Source: an uncultured Chloroflexia bacterium (GTDB lineage: Bacteria > Chloroflexota > Anaerolineae > Aggregatilineales > Phototrophicaceae). From it: DNA of 64,000 bases. The notes below the pieces were generated by a model that made no database searches, was not told where the DNA came from, and was given only the letters and a program-made list of their open reading frames with translations. Location: contig CAWKDY010000021.1 in NCBI GenBank assembly GCA_963848465.1, positions 4,055 through 68,054 on the forward strand. Reading direction: 5' to 3'. This document shows positions 1-11,376 of the stretch, piece by piece. Every line of letters begins with the position of its first letter. Position 1 is the first letter of the stretch. A program made the position numbers and the translations under genes.

Positions 1-338
1 ATCTGTTGGCCGATCCGGCGACCACACGCGAGCCGGAAAGATTTGCCGTGTCATCCGCAAGACGGCGGAGGCTTGTCCCATCCGAATTCATTACGTAGAT
101 TTCCGCGTTGGCAGCGCGGTAAAGAAGTAAACGCAATCTGCCCGGTCGCCCGCCACCATTTGGCGTCGGCGTCGGCTTAGTGTTCTGCCAGCCGAAGTGA
201 TATGCTCACGGAGTTGCCCATCGCCCCCAACGCCAGCATACCGAACACAAGGAGCGCCGCTAGCTTAGCGTTAGTCTGTATTTTCGCTGGCGCGCTTTAG
301 ACGTGGGTTGCGATTGGGCAAGCGACGACATTGATCAT
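1..338 (-). CDS. TolB-like/PD40-repeat protein, N-terminal part (runs off window, frameshifted)
   Basis: Manual minus-strand translation gives GQIAFTS...NAEIYVMNSDGTSLRRLA...WSPD, typical PD40 repeat text. Start is uncertain. Confidence 0.55.
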
Positions 339-541
339 TTCTCCACAGGCACGCTTGCGTTTCGTACCGCGATATTCCGTTTAGTGTAGCGTATTAGTGG
401 AAAAAATAGCAAAGCCTCGCTCTCTTGCTTGCGCGGGGCGGGGAATATCTGTACGGTATTGCCCTCGAGCTTGGCGTGTCGGCGGTTCGCTTTCTGCTAC
501 TTGTGCTAGAATTTAGGCAGCGCGAAGAACCGAGGAGGATT

Positions 542-1243
542 ATGACCGAACAACCGAACCAGTCGAAATCAGTCGAGGATTTTCTGAAGGCGGTTTATGC
601 CCTACAGCAGCAATCCGAGCGGGTTTCGACCAATACCCTCCGCGATGCGCTCAATATCACCGCGCCGTCCGTCACCGACATGGCGCAGCGGTTGGTCGCC
701 GCCGGGCTGGTCGATTATCAAAAGTATCGCGGTGTCGTGCTGACGGACACCGGTCGCGAGATCGCGCTTAAGGTGATCCGCCGCCATCGCTTGATCGAAC
801 TCTACCTGATGCGCGAACTCGGCTACCAACTGCACGAAGTCCACGCTGAAGCCGAACAACTCGAACATGCCGTCTCGGATCAGTTCGTCGAGGCATTGGC
901 GCGCAAGCTCGGCAATCCGGAGATCGACCCGCATGGCGACCCGATCCCGTCGGCGGAAGGCGTGATCGCGCAGCGCAACTTGCAGCCGCTAAACGGACTC
1001 GCCACTGGCAGGCGGGCGACGATCTCGCGGCTCCGAACCAGCGACTCGGGCATGCTCCAGCACATGCTCGACCGGGGTTTCCAGCTCGATGCCCATGTCG
1101 AGGTGATCGAGCGCGACCCGTATAACGGTCCGCTCACCGTGCTGATCGACGGCAAACGCGCGGTCATCGGGCATCACGTCGCCGACAGCATCCTTGTCGA
1201 ACCGGAAGCCAGCGCCGATGACGAAGACGACGCTGAGGAATAG
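542..1243 (+). CDS. DtxR/MntR family metal-dependent transcriptional repressor with C-terminal FeoA domain
   Basis: EDFLKAVY, APSVTDMAQRL, RRHRLIE, EAEQLEH, DPHGDPIP motifs; GAGGAGG RBS before ATG 542. Confidence 0.93.
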   Translation: MTEQPNQSKSVEDFLKAVYALQQQSERVSTNTLRDALNITAPSVTDMAQRLVAAGLVDYQKYRGVVLTDTGREIALKVIRRHRLIELYLMRELGYQLHEVHAEAEQLEHAVSDQFVEALARKLGNPEIDPHGDPIPSAEGVIAQRNLQPLNGLATGRRATISRLRTSDSGMLQHMLDRGFQLDAHVEVIERDPYNGPLTVLIDGKRAVIGHHVADSILVEPEASADDEDDAEE

Positions 1244-1378
1244 TTTTGCTCACTTTTTGCCTATAAATACTTCGTAAGAAATGTTGTGATTTAGTTGACT
1301 CGCCTCGTCGCTCGTCATACCATATAAGGAGCGATGAAACATTTTTTCGATTCCGCAACCGAGACGACTTAGCAACGT

Positions 1379-2279
1379 ATGGCAAAAGACTACTATAAAA
1401 CGCTGGGCGTAAGCCGCAGCGCTAACGAGAAAGAAATTAAACAGGCGTTCCGCAAACTGGCTAAGAAACATCACCCGGACGCCAACCCGAACGATCCTTC
1501 CGCCGAGGCGCGCTTCAAGGAGCTGAATGAGGCTTACGAAGTGCTCGGCGATAAAGAAAAGCGCCAGATGTACGACCAGTTTGGCACAACCAATCCGCAG
1601 CAGGCGTGGAGCGGAGCGGGTGGCGGGCAGCCCGGTGGTAATCCCTTCACCTACACGAACACCAACACCGATTTCGGCGATCTGGGCGACATCTTCGGAT
1701 CGCTGTTCGGTCGCCAGCGCAGCCGCAGCAGCAGTACAGCGAATCCCTACGGCGGCGCGGCGGCGAGCATCAAGGGGCAGGATATCGACCAGCGTGTCAG
1801 TATCACGCTGCAAGAAGCCTACAGCGGCGCGACCCGGCTGATCACCAAAGGCGACCGCACCGTGCGCGTGAACATCCCCGCCGGGGCGAAAACCGGCACC
1901 AAAGTGCGGCTGGCGGGCGAAGGCGAGCCAAGCTTCAACGGCGGTCAGCCCGGCGATCTGTTCTTGATCGTCGAGGTCGAGCCGGACAGCCGCTTCGAGC
2001 GCGAAGGCGACGACCTGACCACCGAGATCAAGATCGACATGTTCACGGCGCTGCTCGGCGGCGACGCCGAAGTGCCGACGCTTGGTCGCGCGATCACGCT
2101 GAAAATCCCGGCGGGCACGCAGTCAGGGCGCAAGTTCCGCTTGACGCGCCAAGGGGATGCCGACGCTCGGTCAAAAAGACCATCAGGGCGACCTCTACGC
2201 CCGCGTGTTGGTCACCGTGCCGGAGCACTTGTCCGACGCCCAGCGCGAACTGGTCGAGCAGCTCCGCGCGACTTTTTAG
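1379..2279 (+). CDS. DnaJ-class chaperone (CbpA-like, no zinc finger); frameshift near 2150
   Basis: J-domain DYYKTLGV...HPD, G/F-rich region, DnaJ C-terminal domain. The shifted frame continues GDLYARVLVTVPEHLSDAQRELVEQLRATF to TAG 2279. Confidence 0.88.
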
Positions 2280-2392
2280 CGCGCCGTTTTCCCGCCGATC
2301 CGTGTACAATAAACAGGAACGTTGATCACCGACGCTCCTGTTTTTGTTTGGAAAACGCGAGCGTAACCGTAGACTTGAGGTTTATCGGAATC

Positions 2393-3628
2393 ATGCTGAA
2401 ACAGAAAATTTACGTGGCGGTTGTCATCGTGCTGCTGATCGCGGGCTGTCAGTCGGCTTCGCTTCCGCCGCAGAGCGCGGTCGCCAGCACGCCGCTGAAC
2501 GCGCTGGTCTCGTATCAAGCACAGGGGCGCGAGACACCGACCCCCGTCCCGCAGGCGATCATCGACGCCGCCGACGCGGAATACCTGCTGCTGACCAACA
2601 TCTACGACCGGGTGACGCCCTCGGTGGTCTTTATCGACGTGACCATCAGCACGCCGCACCCCGGCGTCACCGATCAAGCTAGCGGCTCCGGCTTCATCTA
2701 CGACGATACCGGCTACATCATCACCAACGCCCACGTCGTCAACGACGCGACCGACATCCTCGTCACCTTCCACGATGGCGTGGTCGCTCCGGCGACCGTC
2801 GTCGGCGTGGACGCTTACGCCGACATCGCCGTGATCAAGGTCGAGGGCGTGGATCGCGCGGAACTGGTGCCGGTTGTGTTCGGCGATTCGGATCGCCTGC
2901 ACGTCGGCGAGCGCGCCATCGCCATCGGCAATCCGTTCGGGCTGGCGAGTTCGATGACCGTCGGCATCATCAGCGGCTTGGGACGCCAACTGCCGTCCGC
3001 CGAACTGGTGACCAATATCGTCGGTGGCTTCAACAACCCATCGATCATTCAGGTCGATGCCGACATCAACCCCGGTAACAGCGGCGGACCGCTGCTCGAC
3101 TCGCACGGGCAGGTGGTCGGCGTCAACACTGCCATCCGCACCGAGTCGGGCGTGTTCGAGGGCGTCGGTTTCGCCGTGCCCGCGCGCACGGTGCAGCGGG
3201 TCGTGCCGGAGTTGATCGAAAAAGGCAGCGTGACCTATTCATGGCTGGGCATTTACACTGTCCCGGCGGAAAACGGGATGAGCGTCGCCGGGTTAGCAAA
3301 AGACCTCAACCTGCCGGTGACGGCGGGCGTGCTGGTCGAGAACGTCAGCGCGAACTCGCCTGCCGCCAAAGCCGACCTGCACGGTGGCAATCATTCGGTC
3401 GCGGTGCGCGGGCGCGACATCTGCGCGGGCGGCGATATCATCGTCTCGGTCAACGATCAATACGTCAACACGATGGATGACTTGGTCGCTTATCTGGTCG
3501 CCAACACCAAACCGGGCGACACCATCAATCTGTTGGTGGTGCGCGGGACGGACACATTTGACGTGCCGCTGACGCTCGAAGCACGCCCGACCGACGACCT
3601 GAATCTTCAGCCGGCTTGCGGTGGATGA
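2393..3628 (+). CDS. htrA: HtrA/DegP family serine protease with PDZ domain, lipoprotein signal
   Basis: LLIAGC lipobox; GSGF, TNAHVV, DIAVIKV, INPGNSGGPL catalytic motifs; C-terminal PDZ. Confidence 0.93.
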   Translation: MLKQKIYVAVVIVLLIAGCQSASLPPQSAVASTPLNALVSYQAQGRETPTPVPQAIIDAADAEYLLLTNIYDRVTPSVVFIDVTISTPHPGVTDQASGSGFIYDDTGYIITNAHVVNDATDILVTFHDGVVAPATVVGVDAYADIAVIKVEGVDRAELVPVVFGDSDRLHVGERAIAIGNPFGLASSMTVGIISGLGRQLPSAELVTNIVGGFNNPSIIQVDADINPGNSGGPLLDSHGQVVGVNTAIRTESGVFEGVGFAVPARTVQRVVPELIEKGSVTYSWLGIYTVPAENGMSVAGLAKDLNLPVTAGVLVENVSANSPAAKADLHGGNHSVAVRGRDICAGGDIIVSVNDQYVNTMDDLVAYLVANTKPGDTINLLVVRGTDTFDVPLTLEARPTDDLNLQPACGG

Positions 3629-4173
3629 AAGTCGCTATGGAAACGCTCGAAACGGCGCGGTTGCGGCTGCGCCCGTTCACCGTCGCCGACGTTGACGTCT
3701 ATTACACCCACATCAGCAGCGACGCGGACGTGATGCGCTACCTTCCCGGCGGCGTACCCCGCTCACGGGGCGACAGCGAATGGGTGATCAGCTATTTCAT
3801 CCGCCACGCTGATCTGCACGGCTTTGGCGTTTGGGCGGTCGAGGACAAGGACAGCGGCGAGTTGATCGGTCACGCCGGGCTGGAGCACATCCCCAACGCG
3901 CCGGAAGTCGAGATCGCCTACACGCTAGCGCAAGCCTATTGGGGGCGGGGCTTGGCGACCGAAGCCGCCCAAGCCAGCCTGAGCTATGGCTTCGAAGCGC
4001 TCAATCTGGATGCGATTTACGGCTTAGCCTTCCCGCAGAACGTCGCCTCGCAGAACGTGATGCGCAAGCTCGGAATGCTCGATCAGGGCATTAGCGAGCG
4101 CTTCTACGGCGAGTGGCTGGCGTGCTTCCGGCTGACGCAAGCCGAATATCTACGCCAAAGCGCGAACCCATGA
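3625..4173 (+). CDS. GNAT family N-acetyltransferase (RimJ/RimL-like)
   Basis: LETARLRLRPF, EIAY...YWGRGLATEAA, NVASQNVMRKLGM; ATGA overlap with htrA stop. Confidence 0.9.
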   Translation: MKVAMETLETARLRLRPFTVADVDVYYTHISSDADVMRYLPGGVPRSRGDSEWVISYFIRHADLHGFGVWAVEDKDSGELIGHAGLEHIPNAPEVEIAYTLAQAYWGRGLATEAAQASLSYGFEALNLDAIYGLAFPQNVASQNVMRKLGMLDQGISERFYGEWLACFRLTQAEYLRQSANP

Positions 4174-4745
4174 CGACGATCTCGAATCCTCCTTCCGCGC
4201 TCGATCCCATCCAGCGGGGTGCCGAACGGATCGGTTTCTCATTCTCTTCCGAGCCGCTGACCGGCGCGCTGCTGCGGACGCTGGCGGCATCCAAACCGGG
4301 CGGCAGTCTGCTGGAGATCGGGACGGGTGTCGGCGTGGGGACGGGCTGGCTGCTCGACGGCATGGACAGCGCTGCGCGGCTGATCAGCATCGAACTGGAT
4401 GCTCAAGTCGGCGGTATCGCGCGGGAACACCTCGCCGCCGACCCGCGCGTGACCTTCGTCAGCGGTGATGCCGTCGCCTTCTTGACCCAGACACGGGCGG
4501 CGTTCGACTTGATCTTCGCCGATACCTTCCCCGGCAAGTTCACTCATCTGGATGAAACGCTCGCGCTCCTCAAGGTGGGCGGACTGTACGTGATTGACGA
4601 TCTGCTGCCGCAGCCGACGTGGGGCGACGATCACGCGCCGAAAGTCGCGCGGCTAATCGCTGAATTGGAGCAGCGCGCCGATTTGCAGACGGTCAAGCTC
4701 GATTGGGCGTCCGGCATCATGATCGGCACCAAGATCGCCCCCTAA
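4170..4745 (+). CDS. O-methyltransferase (class I SAM-dependent)
   Basis: LLEIGTGVGVG motif I, FDLIFAD, LKVGGLYVIDD; ATGA overlap. Confidence 0.88.
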   Translation: MTTISNPPSALDPIQRGAERIGFSFSSEPLTGALLRTLAASKPGGSLLEIGTGVGVGTGWLLDGMDSAARLISIELDAQVGGIAREHLAADPRVTFVSGDAVAFLTQTRAAFDLIFADTFPGKFTHLDETLALLKVGGLYVIDDLLPQPTWGDDHAPKVARLIAELEQRADLQTVKLDWASGIMIGTKIAP

Positions 4746-4875
4746 AATCATCCACTCGGCAATGCTCTCACCAGATCATCATTGGATCAAAGCGCCAGTT
4801 TCCATATAATAGGCTATTCCCGATGGGCGCAGCCGCGCTGTTCGGGAGCTTGTAAGGCGTGAGGCGTTTAACAGT

Positions 4876-6187
4876 ATGCAGATTAAGCGAGATTATTCGC
4901 AGCCCTTTTTCAGTGACCACCGGCGGCGGCATGGTATCTGGCGCTGGCTGCTGCTCTACGTCATCCTGATTGGCGGGTTCCTCTTTTTTGTCGACAGCAA
5001 CTTCAGCAGCCTCCAATTGATGGCACTCGACGCGGTTGGGCAAGCCCCGCCGCGCGACCCCCTACGCCAGCGACCTCGCGAACCAAGGCATGACGGACTT
5101 CACGGCGGGCGATCTCGCCGGAGCGCGCGACCTGTTCCAGCGCGCGGTGATGCAGCAGCCGCAGAATGTCGATTACCTCTACGAATATGGGCATATCCTG
5201 ATCGAAATGGGCACGGAAGACGAATCGCTTTATCCCGAAGCGGTTGCCGTCGGCGAGCAGGCGATTCAGGCGAATCCCAACGACCCGCGCGGCTATGCGA
5301 TCAAGGCGCGGGCGATGGACTTGTCTGGGGACTCCGCCAACGCCGTCCCGGTCGGGCAGGCGGGCTTGCAGGTTGACCGCGATTTCGCGCCACTCTACAC
5401 GGCGCTCAGCGGCGCGTACCGCAGCATCGACCGCTACGACGTGGCGCTGCAATCGGCGGAAACCGCCATCGAGAAAGACCCGCTCGACCCCGACGCCCGC
5501 CGCGTTTACGCGCTGGCGCTGATCTGGGTAGGACGGCGCGCCGAAGCGCTCGACCAGTTGGAGCAGGCGGTCGGCTTAAACCCGAATCTCGCCGCACCCT
5601 ATTTTGAGCTGGCGAGTATGTACCGCAACTTGGCAGTCAACGACCCCAACGGCGGTCAGCAGTATTACGAACTGGCGATTGCCACTTACGAGCAGATTCT
5701 CGCCATGCAGCCGAACAATGCCAAGGGTTATTTGCGCCTCTGCGAAGCCTATACGCAGGTTGGCGAGCACAAGCGCGCTCAAGGTTACTGCGAGGACGCG
5801 ATCAGCCTGAATGACAATTACGCCGAAGCGTGGCGCGCTTTAGGGCAGACCGAGTACCCGCAGCGGAACTACGAAGGCGCCATCGAATCATTCGAACATT
5901 GTGTCGCGCTGGAAGCCTCGCGCCCGATCGCCGATCAAGAGATCGAGTGCTACTACCTGCGCGGGCTGTCACACTACTATCTCGGTCACTGCCAGCAAGC
6001 GTGGGATATCCTGACCGAATCGCTGAACCGCGTCCGGGCGACCTCGGACGATCCCAACAACTCGGTGCTGGTCAACACAGCGAACGGTCTACAACTGATC
6101 ACCGAGAACTGTACCGGCTTCGGCGGGCGCGCGTTGCCCACTGCCATTCCGCCGACTGCTATCCCACCGACGCCAATTGGGGGTTAG
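4876..6187 (+). CDS. Membrane-anchored tetratricopeptide repeat protein (frameshift near 5040)
   Basis: N-terminal TM segment in ORF 4876; multiple TPR helices in ORF 5036-6187; Pro/Thr tail. Confidence 0.8.
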
Positions 6188-6190
6188 CTG

Positions 6191-7492
6191 ATGTATCTAC
6201 GCACCCCCAAACGCTATCAGGTGGGGCATAAACGCCGTCACCTGTTCTCGACGCGCTGGTTCTGGCTGTGGGTCTTGACCCTCGTCGCGGTGATCGGCGG
6301 CTGGCAGGTCTACGACCGGCGCGATCAACTGGGACCGCCGGTGCGCGACTTCATCTCGAACGCGGTCGATCAAGCGGGCGGTGGCTTTGCTACGATGACC
6401 GCGCCGACGCCGCTGCCGACCACCAACCCCGCTGACCGCATCGTTCGCGGCGACAATGCGTGGGAACAAGGCGCGATTGAACAGGCGGTCACCGAGTACG
6501 GCGCTGCCGTGTCGGGCGCGCCTAACGATATGCGCGTCCACTATCGTTATACCTACGGCTTGCTGATCGACGGCAATTACAAAGACGCCCTCGACGCCGC
6601 CGAGCATACCGTCACCGCCAATCCGTTCTCGGCGGATGCGTGGGCGATTCGCGCGCTGGCGTTGGCGGACAATCAACAGTACGCCAAAGCGATTGCCAGC
6701 GGGCTGCAGGCGCTCTCGATTGACTCGAACAACGCGACGGCGCTGGCGTTCATGGCGCAAGCCTATCTCGCTGCCGATCAGCCGGGACAGGCGGAGGAAA
6801 AAGCTAACCAAGCGCTCAGCATTGACCCTAACAACGCCGAAGCCAATTATGCGCGCGGCGCCATCGACTATAGTTCCAGTTTCGACTTCGTTTCGGCGCT
6901 CGATTATTACCAGACCGCCCACGATCTCGCGCCCAATTTGCCGCAGATCATGGTTGAAATGGCGTGGACGAACTGGCAGCTTCAGAACTACGATCAAGGG
7001 CTGGATCAGCTTGAGCAGGTCGCGGAGAGCAATCCCAACAACCTCGACGCGCTCTACGCGCTCGGCTTCTTCCAGAATCAGGTCTACGGCGACCAGAACA
7101 AAGCTGCCGATTATCTGAACCGCTGCATCCAGATCGATCCGAGCAATATCTCCTGCCTGAGTTACCTCGGTACGGTGCAGACTCAGCTTCAAGATTTGCA
7201 AGGGGCGGTCAAGAGCTACCAGCGGATCATCGACGTCGGCACGGACAATCCACGTTACTACTATTACGCGGGCAGCACCTACGTCGATCTGGGCGACTGC
7301 AACAGCGCTAAGCCACTACTGCGGACTGGCTACTCGATGGAACTCTCCCAGACCGAACCTAACAACGACCGGCTCGCCGCCTTCGAGGAATACATGGGGC
7401 AGTGCGGGATGCCGTTCAACCGCGTCTACAGCGACGCGGCGCAAGCGACCGCCGAAGGTCCGCTGCTGATTCCGCTGGGTGGCTCGCAGTAA
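6191..7492 (+). CDS. Membrane-anchored tetratricopeptide repeat protein
   Basis: Intact 433-aa ORF with N-terminal TM, PT linker and many TPR motifs. Confidence 0.85.
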   Translation: MYLRTPKRYQVGHKRRHLFSTRWFWLWVLTLVAVIGGWQVYDRRDQLGPPVRDFISNAVDQAGGGFATMTAPTPLPTTNPADRIVRGDNAWEQGAIEQAVTEYGAAVSGAPNDMRVHYRYTYGLLIDGNYKDALDAAEHTVTANPFSADAWAIRALALADNQQYAKAIASGLQALSIDSNNATALAFMAQAYLAADQPGQAEEKANQALSIDPNNAEANYARGAIDYSSSFDFVSALDYYQTAHDLAPNLPQIMVEMAWTNWQLQNYDQGLDQLEQVAESNPNNLDALYALGFFQNQVYGDQNKAADYLNRCIQIDPSNISCLSYLGTVQTQLQDLQGAVKSYQRIIDVGTDNPRYYYYAGSTYVDLGDCNSAKPLLRTGYSMELSQTEPNNDRLAAFEEYMGQCGMPFNRVYSDAAQATAEGPLLIPLGGSQ

Positions 7493-7534
7493 GTAATTAG
7501 GCATAGGGGTTAGGGAATTTCCGATCATGGCGGT

Positions 7535-7562
7535 GTAGAGGCGTTATATATAACGCCTCTAC
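7535..7562. repeat. REP-like perfect palindrome GTAGAGGCGTTATATATAACGCCTCTAC
   Basis: 28-bp perfect inverted repeat between convergent genes, with GTAG/CTAC ends. Confidence 0.8.
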
Positions 7563-7587
7563 GAAAAACCATATATTCCGATCTGTT

Positions 7588-7612
7588 GTAGGGGCGGAAC
7601 TCAGTTCCGCCC
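7588..7612. repeat. REP-like palindrome GTAGGGGCGGAACTCAGTTCCGCCC
   Basis: GTAG followed by a hairpin; same family as other intergenic copies. Confidence 0.7.
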
Positions 7613-7619
7613 CGTTTGT

Positions 7620-9313
7620 TTACGGGTGATTCCCCGAATTTTCGGTGATGTAGAGTGTCCCGCTGATGTAGCTCCCCGACGAATAGCTGCCGATCCAGAT
7701 GTCGTAACTGCCGCCCGCCGGATTGTTAAAGTCAATCGTCGGGTTGACCGTGCCGAACAAGTCGTCGACGCAGTAGAAGTTGCCGTAAGGATCGTTGACG
7801 ATCATGGTCGCGTCGCCGTTAGCGCCGACGAAGTAGAAGCGCAGCAGCGACGACCCGCCGCCCCGAAGCTCACCCGCAGGTCGGGCGAGACGCTGGCAAA
7901 ACCGTTGCACGAGCCGCCCAAATAGGAGACATCGACGGTGCCGCCGCTGGTCGCGCCGACCGAGTACGGATCGGGCGAGAAGCCTGCCGCGAGGTTCGCC
8001 GTGCCGTAATTCGCGCTGGCGGTGTAATCGAGATGTTGGGGCTGCTGCGGTAGCTGCAACACCAGCGTGCCCACCGGCGCGATCAGCGAGAGGTTGATCG
8101 GCGGGTGGATGACGCCACCTGACGTGGACGTAGGCGTCGGCGTATCGAACGGCAGCGGCGTCGCCGAAGTGGTCGCTGTTGGTGCGGACGTGGGCGGTGG
8201 CGGCTGGGTCGGCGGGATGACCACCGGGACGCCGCCGCAGCTTCCGCCCAGCGTGACGACCGCCGTCGAGACCCAGCCGATCACGCCGTTGACGTTGACC
8301 TGAACCCACGTATTATCCGGCAGCCTGCCGTAAACCGGGGCGGTGATCGTCGGCGCGAGGTGGGTGACGATGCTGTAACCCGTGCTGGGACCGCTGCGGA
8401 CGTTGATGGTCGCGCCGCTCGCCGAAGCGACCATGCAGGCGCCGTTGGGGTCGATCACTGGCAGCGAGTTGGTCGGCGAGGAGGATCGGCGTCGCGGATG
8501 GCGTGGCGGTCACGATGGTGATAACCGGCGCGGTCGGCGTCGCGGTGGCGCTGGCGCTGCCGCCACAGGGTGTTGTGCCGTTCTCCAGTTCCAGACAGAC
8601 GCTGAACGTCTCCGGCGTCGCGCCGCCGCTGTGGGTGACTTCGAGCAGGTAGTTCGCGCTGCCCGTGCCGATCCGGTAGCGGACGCCCGCCAAGCGCGCG
8701 CTGCTCAAGCCGAGCAGTTCGCCGCTGTCGGCATCGCGCAGCGCGACGGCGGGTCGGTATTCGGGACGCTGCTGCGCACGGTCAGCAGCAGCACGTCGCT
8801 GATCGACCCGCTGAACGAGAACGCCTGCCGAGTCGCCTGCGTGCTGACCACGCCGCCGAGTGGCTGCCCCGGCGTGAGCGGCTGCGGCGGCGCGAGTGGC
8901 GCGCCCGCCTGCACGCTGATCAAGAACTGCCCGGTGCTGCCATTCGCGCCGCTGACCTCAATCCGGTACGTGCCGCCCCCGGAGAGGTTGGGCGTACCGG
9001 CGGCGCTGGTCTGGATGCCGTTATTGACCGCGTCCATGATCACGATGCCGGACGGGTCGATGATCAGGAACGACGGCAGAAAGCTGGGCGTGATCGCCAG
9101 CACTTGCAGGTTGACGCTCTGCGGCGCGCCGACCTGAATGCTGAAGGCGGTGCTGCTGTTGGCGACCGTGATCTCGCCGATCTGGTTTTCGCCAATCGCG
9201 AGCGGTGTAGCGTCGCCCTGCGCGCTGACGATCAGCGTGCCGAGCAGCAAAATAGACAAGAAAGCGAAGATCACGCTCAACCAGCGCGCTGGACGGTGCG
9301 GTGCTGAATTCAT
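7620..9313 (-). CDS. Secreted multidomain protein: PPC-like repeats, bacterial SH3, PT linker, C-terminal PPC-like domain (frameshifted)
   Basis: Signal peptide (ORF 8705-9313); INVRSGPSTGYSIV...WVQVNVNGVIGWV SH3b; C-terminal DATMIVNDPYGNFYCVDD...NPAGGSYDIWIGSY. Confidence 0.75.
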
Positions 9314-9439
9314 AGCAGGTTTGCTCCTTGAATAGGAAGCCTATGATCCACTGTACGCTTGTTTGGGTGGGCGGCAAGCGATGCTGTTGCTGATGACTCA
9401 AGCAGGCGTGCAAGTTCGTGCGTACCTTTTAAGTCGACA

Positions 9440-9467
9440 CAAAAACGCCGCGAGGTGCGCGGCGTTC
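9440..9467 (-). terminator. Probable intrinsic terminator
   Basis: Minus strand AACGCCGCG-CACCT-CGCGGCGTT followed by a T run, downstream of the 9562 stop. Confidence 0.55.
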
Positions 9468-9516
9468 TGAAAATCTCGATTATTGGGGCGGGCGGTCGAA
9501 CTTCTGTTGGCTGCTT

Positions 9517-9555
9517 CCCCCTCTCCACAACGTGGAAAGGGGGTTGGTGGTGAGG
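9517..9555. repeat. Intergenic palindrome, family B (CCCCTCTCC...GGAGAGGGG...GGTGAGG type)
   Basis: Similar to copies at 21026, 28864, 36676 and 53385. Confidence 0.65.
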
Positions 9556-9561
9556 TTGAGC

Positions 9562-11228
9562 TTACGGCAGATTTCCGGCGTTCTCGGTGAGCTTGAGCGC
9601 GCCGCTGAAGTGTTCGCCGGGGCGCTTGCCGCCGACCCAAATGGTGTAGGTGCCGTCCATCGGATTGTTGAAGTCGATCACCGGGTACCGCTTGCCGTTG
9701 GCATCGTCGCTGCAGTGGAAATGTCCATCCGGATCGCGGATCACCATCGTCGGATCAACCGGACCCTGTGAGGTGTCGTCAGCCGATGTACCAGAACCGC
9801 AGCAGTCCCGCCCCATTTGCCGTGTAATTAATGCGCTTCGTCGGGTTTTGGGTTGTGAAGCCGGATGCAGGAGCCGCCCAGCGTCGCTGCGTCGGCGGGA
9901 CCGCCGCCGCCAGCGCCGCTGATCATCGGATCATCGGATCGTTAAATGGAGAGAACACGTCGATCGTCCCGTAATCGGGATTGCCATTGGCATTCAGATG
10001 CAGCGACGTGTCTTGAGTCGGCGCGTCGGTCGGCATGGGCATGGGCTGCTGCATGTCGGTGGGCATGGGTTGGCTCATGTCGGTGGGCTGCTGGTTGACG
10101 GCGGTGCGACTGGCTGCTGGGGCGCGGCTGGCGGTTGAACGACCGGCACGTTATTGCAGATACCGCCCTCAAACACGACGAACGATGCGACCCAACCGAT
10201 AGCTCCGTTATTGTTGATCTGATACCAAGTGTTGTCCGCCAACCTGCCGATGACCAGCGCGTTGCGGCTGGGCGACAGATACGAGACGATACCGAAAGCC
10301 GTGCTGGGACCGCTGCGCACGTTGACTGTCGCTCGATTCGCCGAACTCACCTGACAGGCTCCAGTGGGGTCGATAAAGCTCCCGAAGGGGTCGGCGGTTG
10401 GGGTCGATGTCGGGGTGGGCAGCCAGCGTCGGCGCGAAGGGGTTCAGCGGCGCGGCGACGGCGCTTGTTCCGCAGTTGGTCACGTTGAGTTCCGATTCCA
10501 GACAAAGCGTGAAAGGCTGCGGCAGACCGCTGCCATCGCTGTTGACCTCGACGATGTAGCTGCCGGGAGTAGGGAGGCGGAAGCGGTTGCCCATCAGCTT
10601 GCCGCTGATCACGCCGAGGGTCTCGCCGGTGACTGCATCGCGCAGAATAATGCTCGGCGCACTTGCCGCGCCCATCATGTCGGTGCTGTTGACGGTCAGC
10701 AGTAGAATGCCGAAGTTCGGATCGGCTGAGGCTGTAGGACAGCGACGTGGGTTGCGCGCTGACCAAACCGTTGACGATCTGCCCGCGGGAGGGCTGCGCC
10801 GGGGTGACCGGCGTTGTGCTGGCTTGGGCGCTAACCACGAACTGCCCCGCCACGCTGCCGAAGCTCTGAACAATGATGCGGTAGGGCGCACCGGCGACCA
10901 TGCTCACGGTGCCGTTGAGGGTGGTCTGCGCGCCGTTATTGTTGATGCTCACCAGCGTGACGCCGGAGGGGTCGATCACCAGAAACGACGGGAAGAAGCC
11001 GGGCGTGAGCGACAACACCTGAAGGTCGACGTTCATGGGACCTTCGACTTCGAATTGGTAAATGACCTGTGTTTCGGGAGGGGTGATGCTGCCGGGAAGC
11101 GGCTGTCCGAGCGGGAGAGAAACGGGAACCGCCTGCGCGCTGACGCCGACGACGCCGATCAATAATAGACAGAGTAGGCTGACGAGGGCAAGCGGCATCA
11201 GATGGAGCTGGTGCTTCGCTGAGGGCAT
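9562..11228 (-). CDS. Paralog of the 7620-9313 secreted PPC/SH3 protein; frameshifted and degraded in 9820-10130
   Basis: Same domain order: signal peptide, LTPGFFPSFLVIDPSG, VNVRSGPSTAFGIV, DPTMVIRDPDGHFHCSDD...FNNPMDGTYTIWVG. Confidence 0.7.
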
Positions 11229-11376
11229 TGATATGTGCTCCTATGAGTGTGATGAGTCTCTTCAGTATAGGGCACAACCGACATTGCACAACCCATGCTG
11301 CCGGGCTGTCCATTAAGACAAGCGGAGAATTCAAAGCGCCGCTGGTCGATTTTTTACAAAACGCGGATTTCGCGGC

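Noticed and set aside
1244-1378. CIRCE/HAIR heat-shock operator or ECF promoter before dnaJ
   Set aside because: No CIRCE or HAIR match. A GCAAC-N16-CGTATG string exists, but its -10 overlaps the start codon, leaving no room for a TSS.
1379-3628. Apparent 749-aa DnaJ-HtrA fusion ORF
   Set aside because: A frameshift near 2150 runs dnaJ through non-protein-like sequence into htrA. DnaJ finishes properly in another frame (TAG 2279) and htrA has its own start and lipobox.
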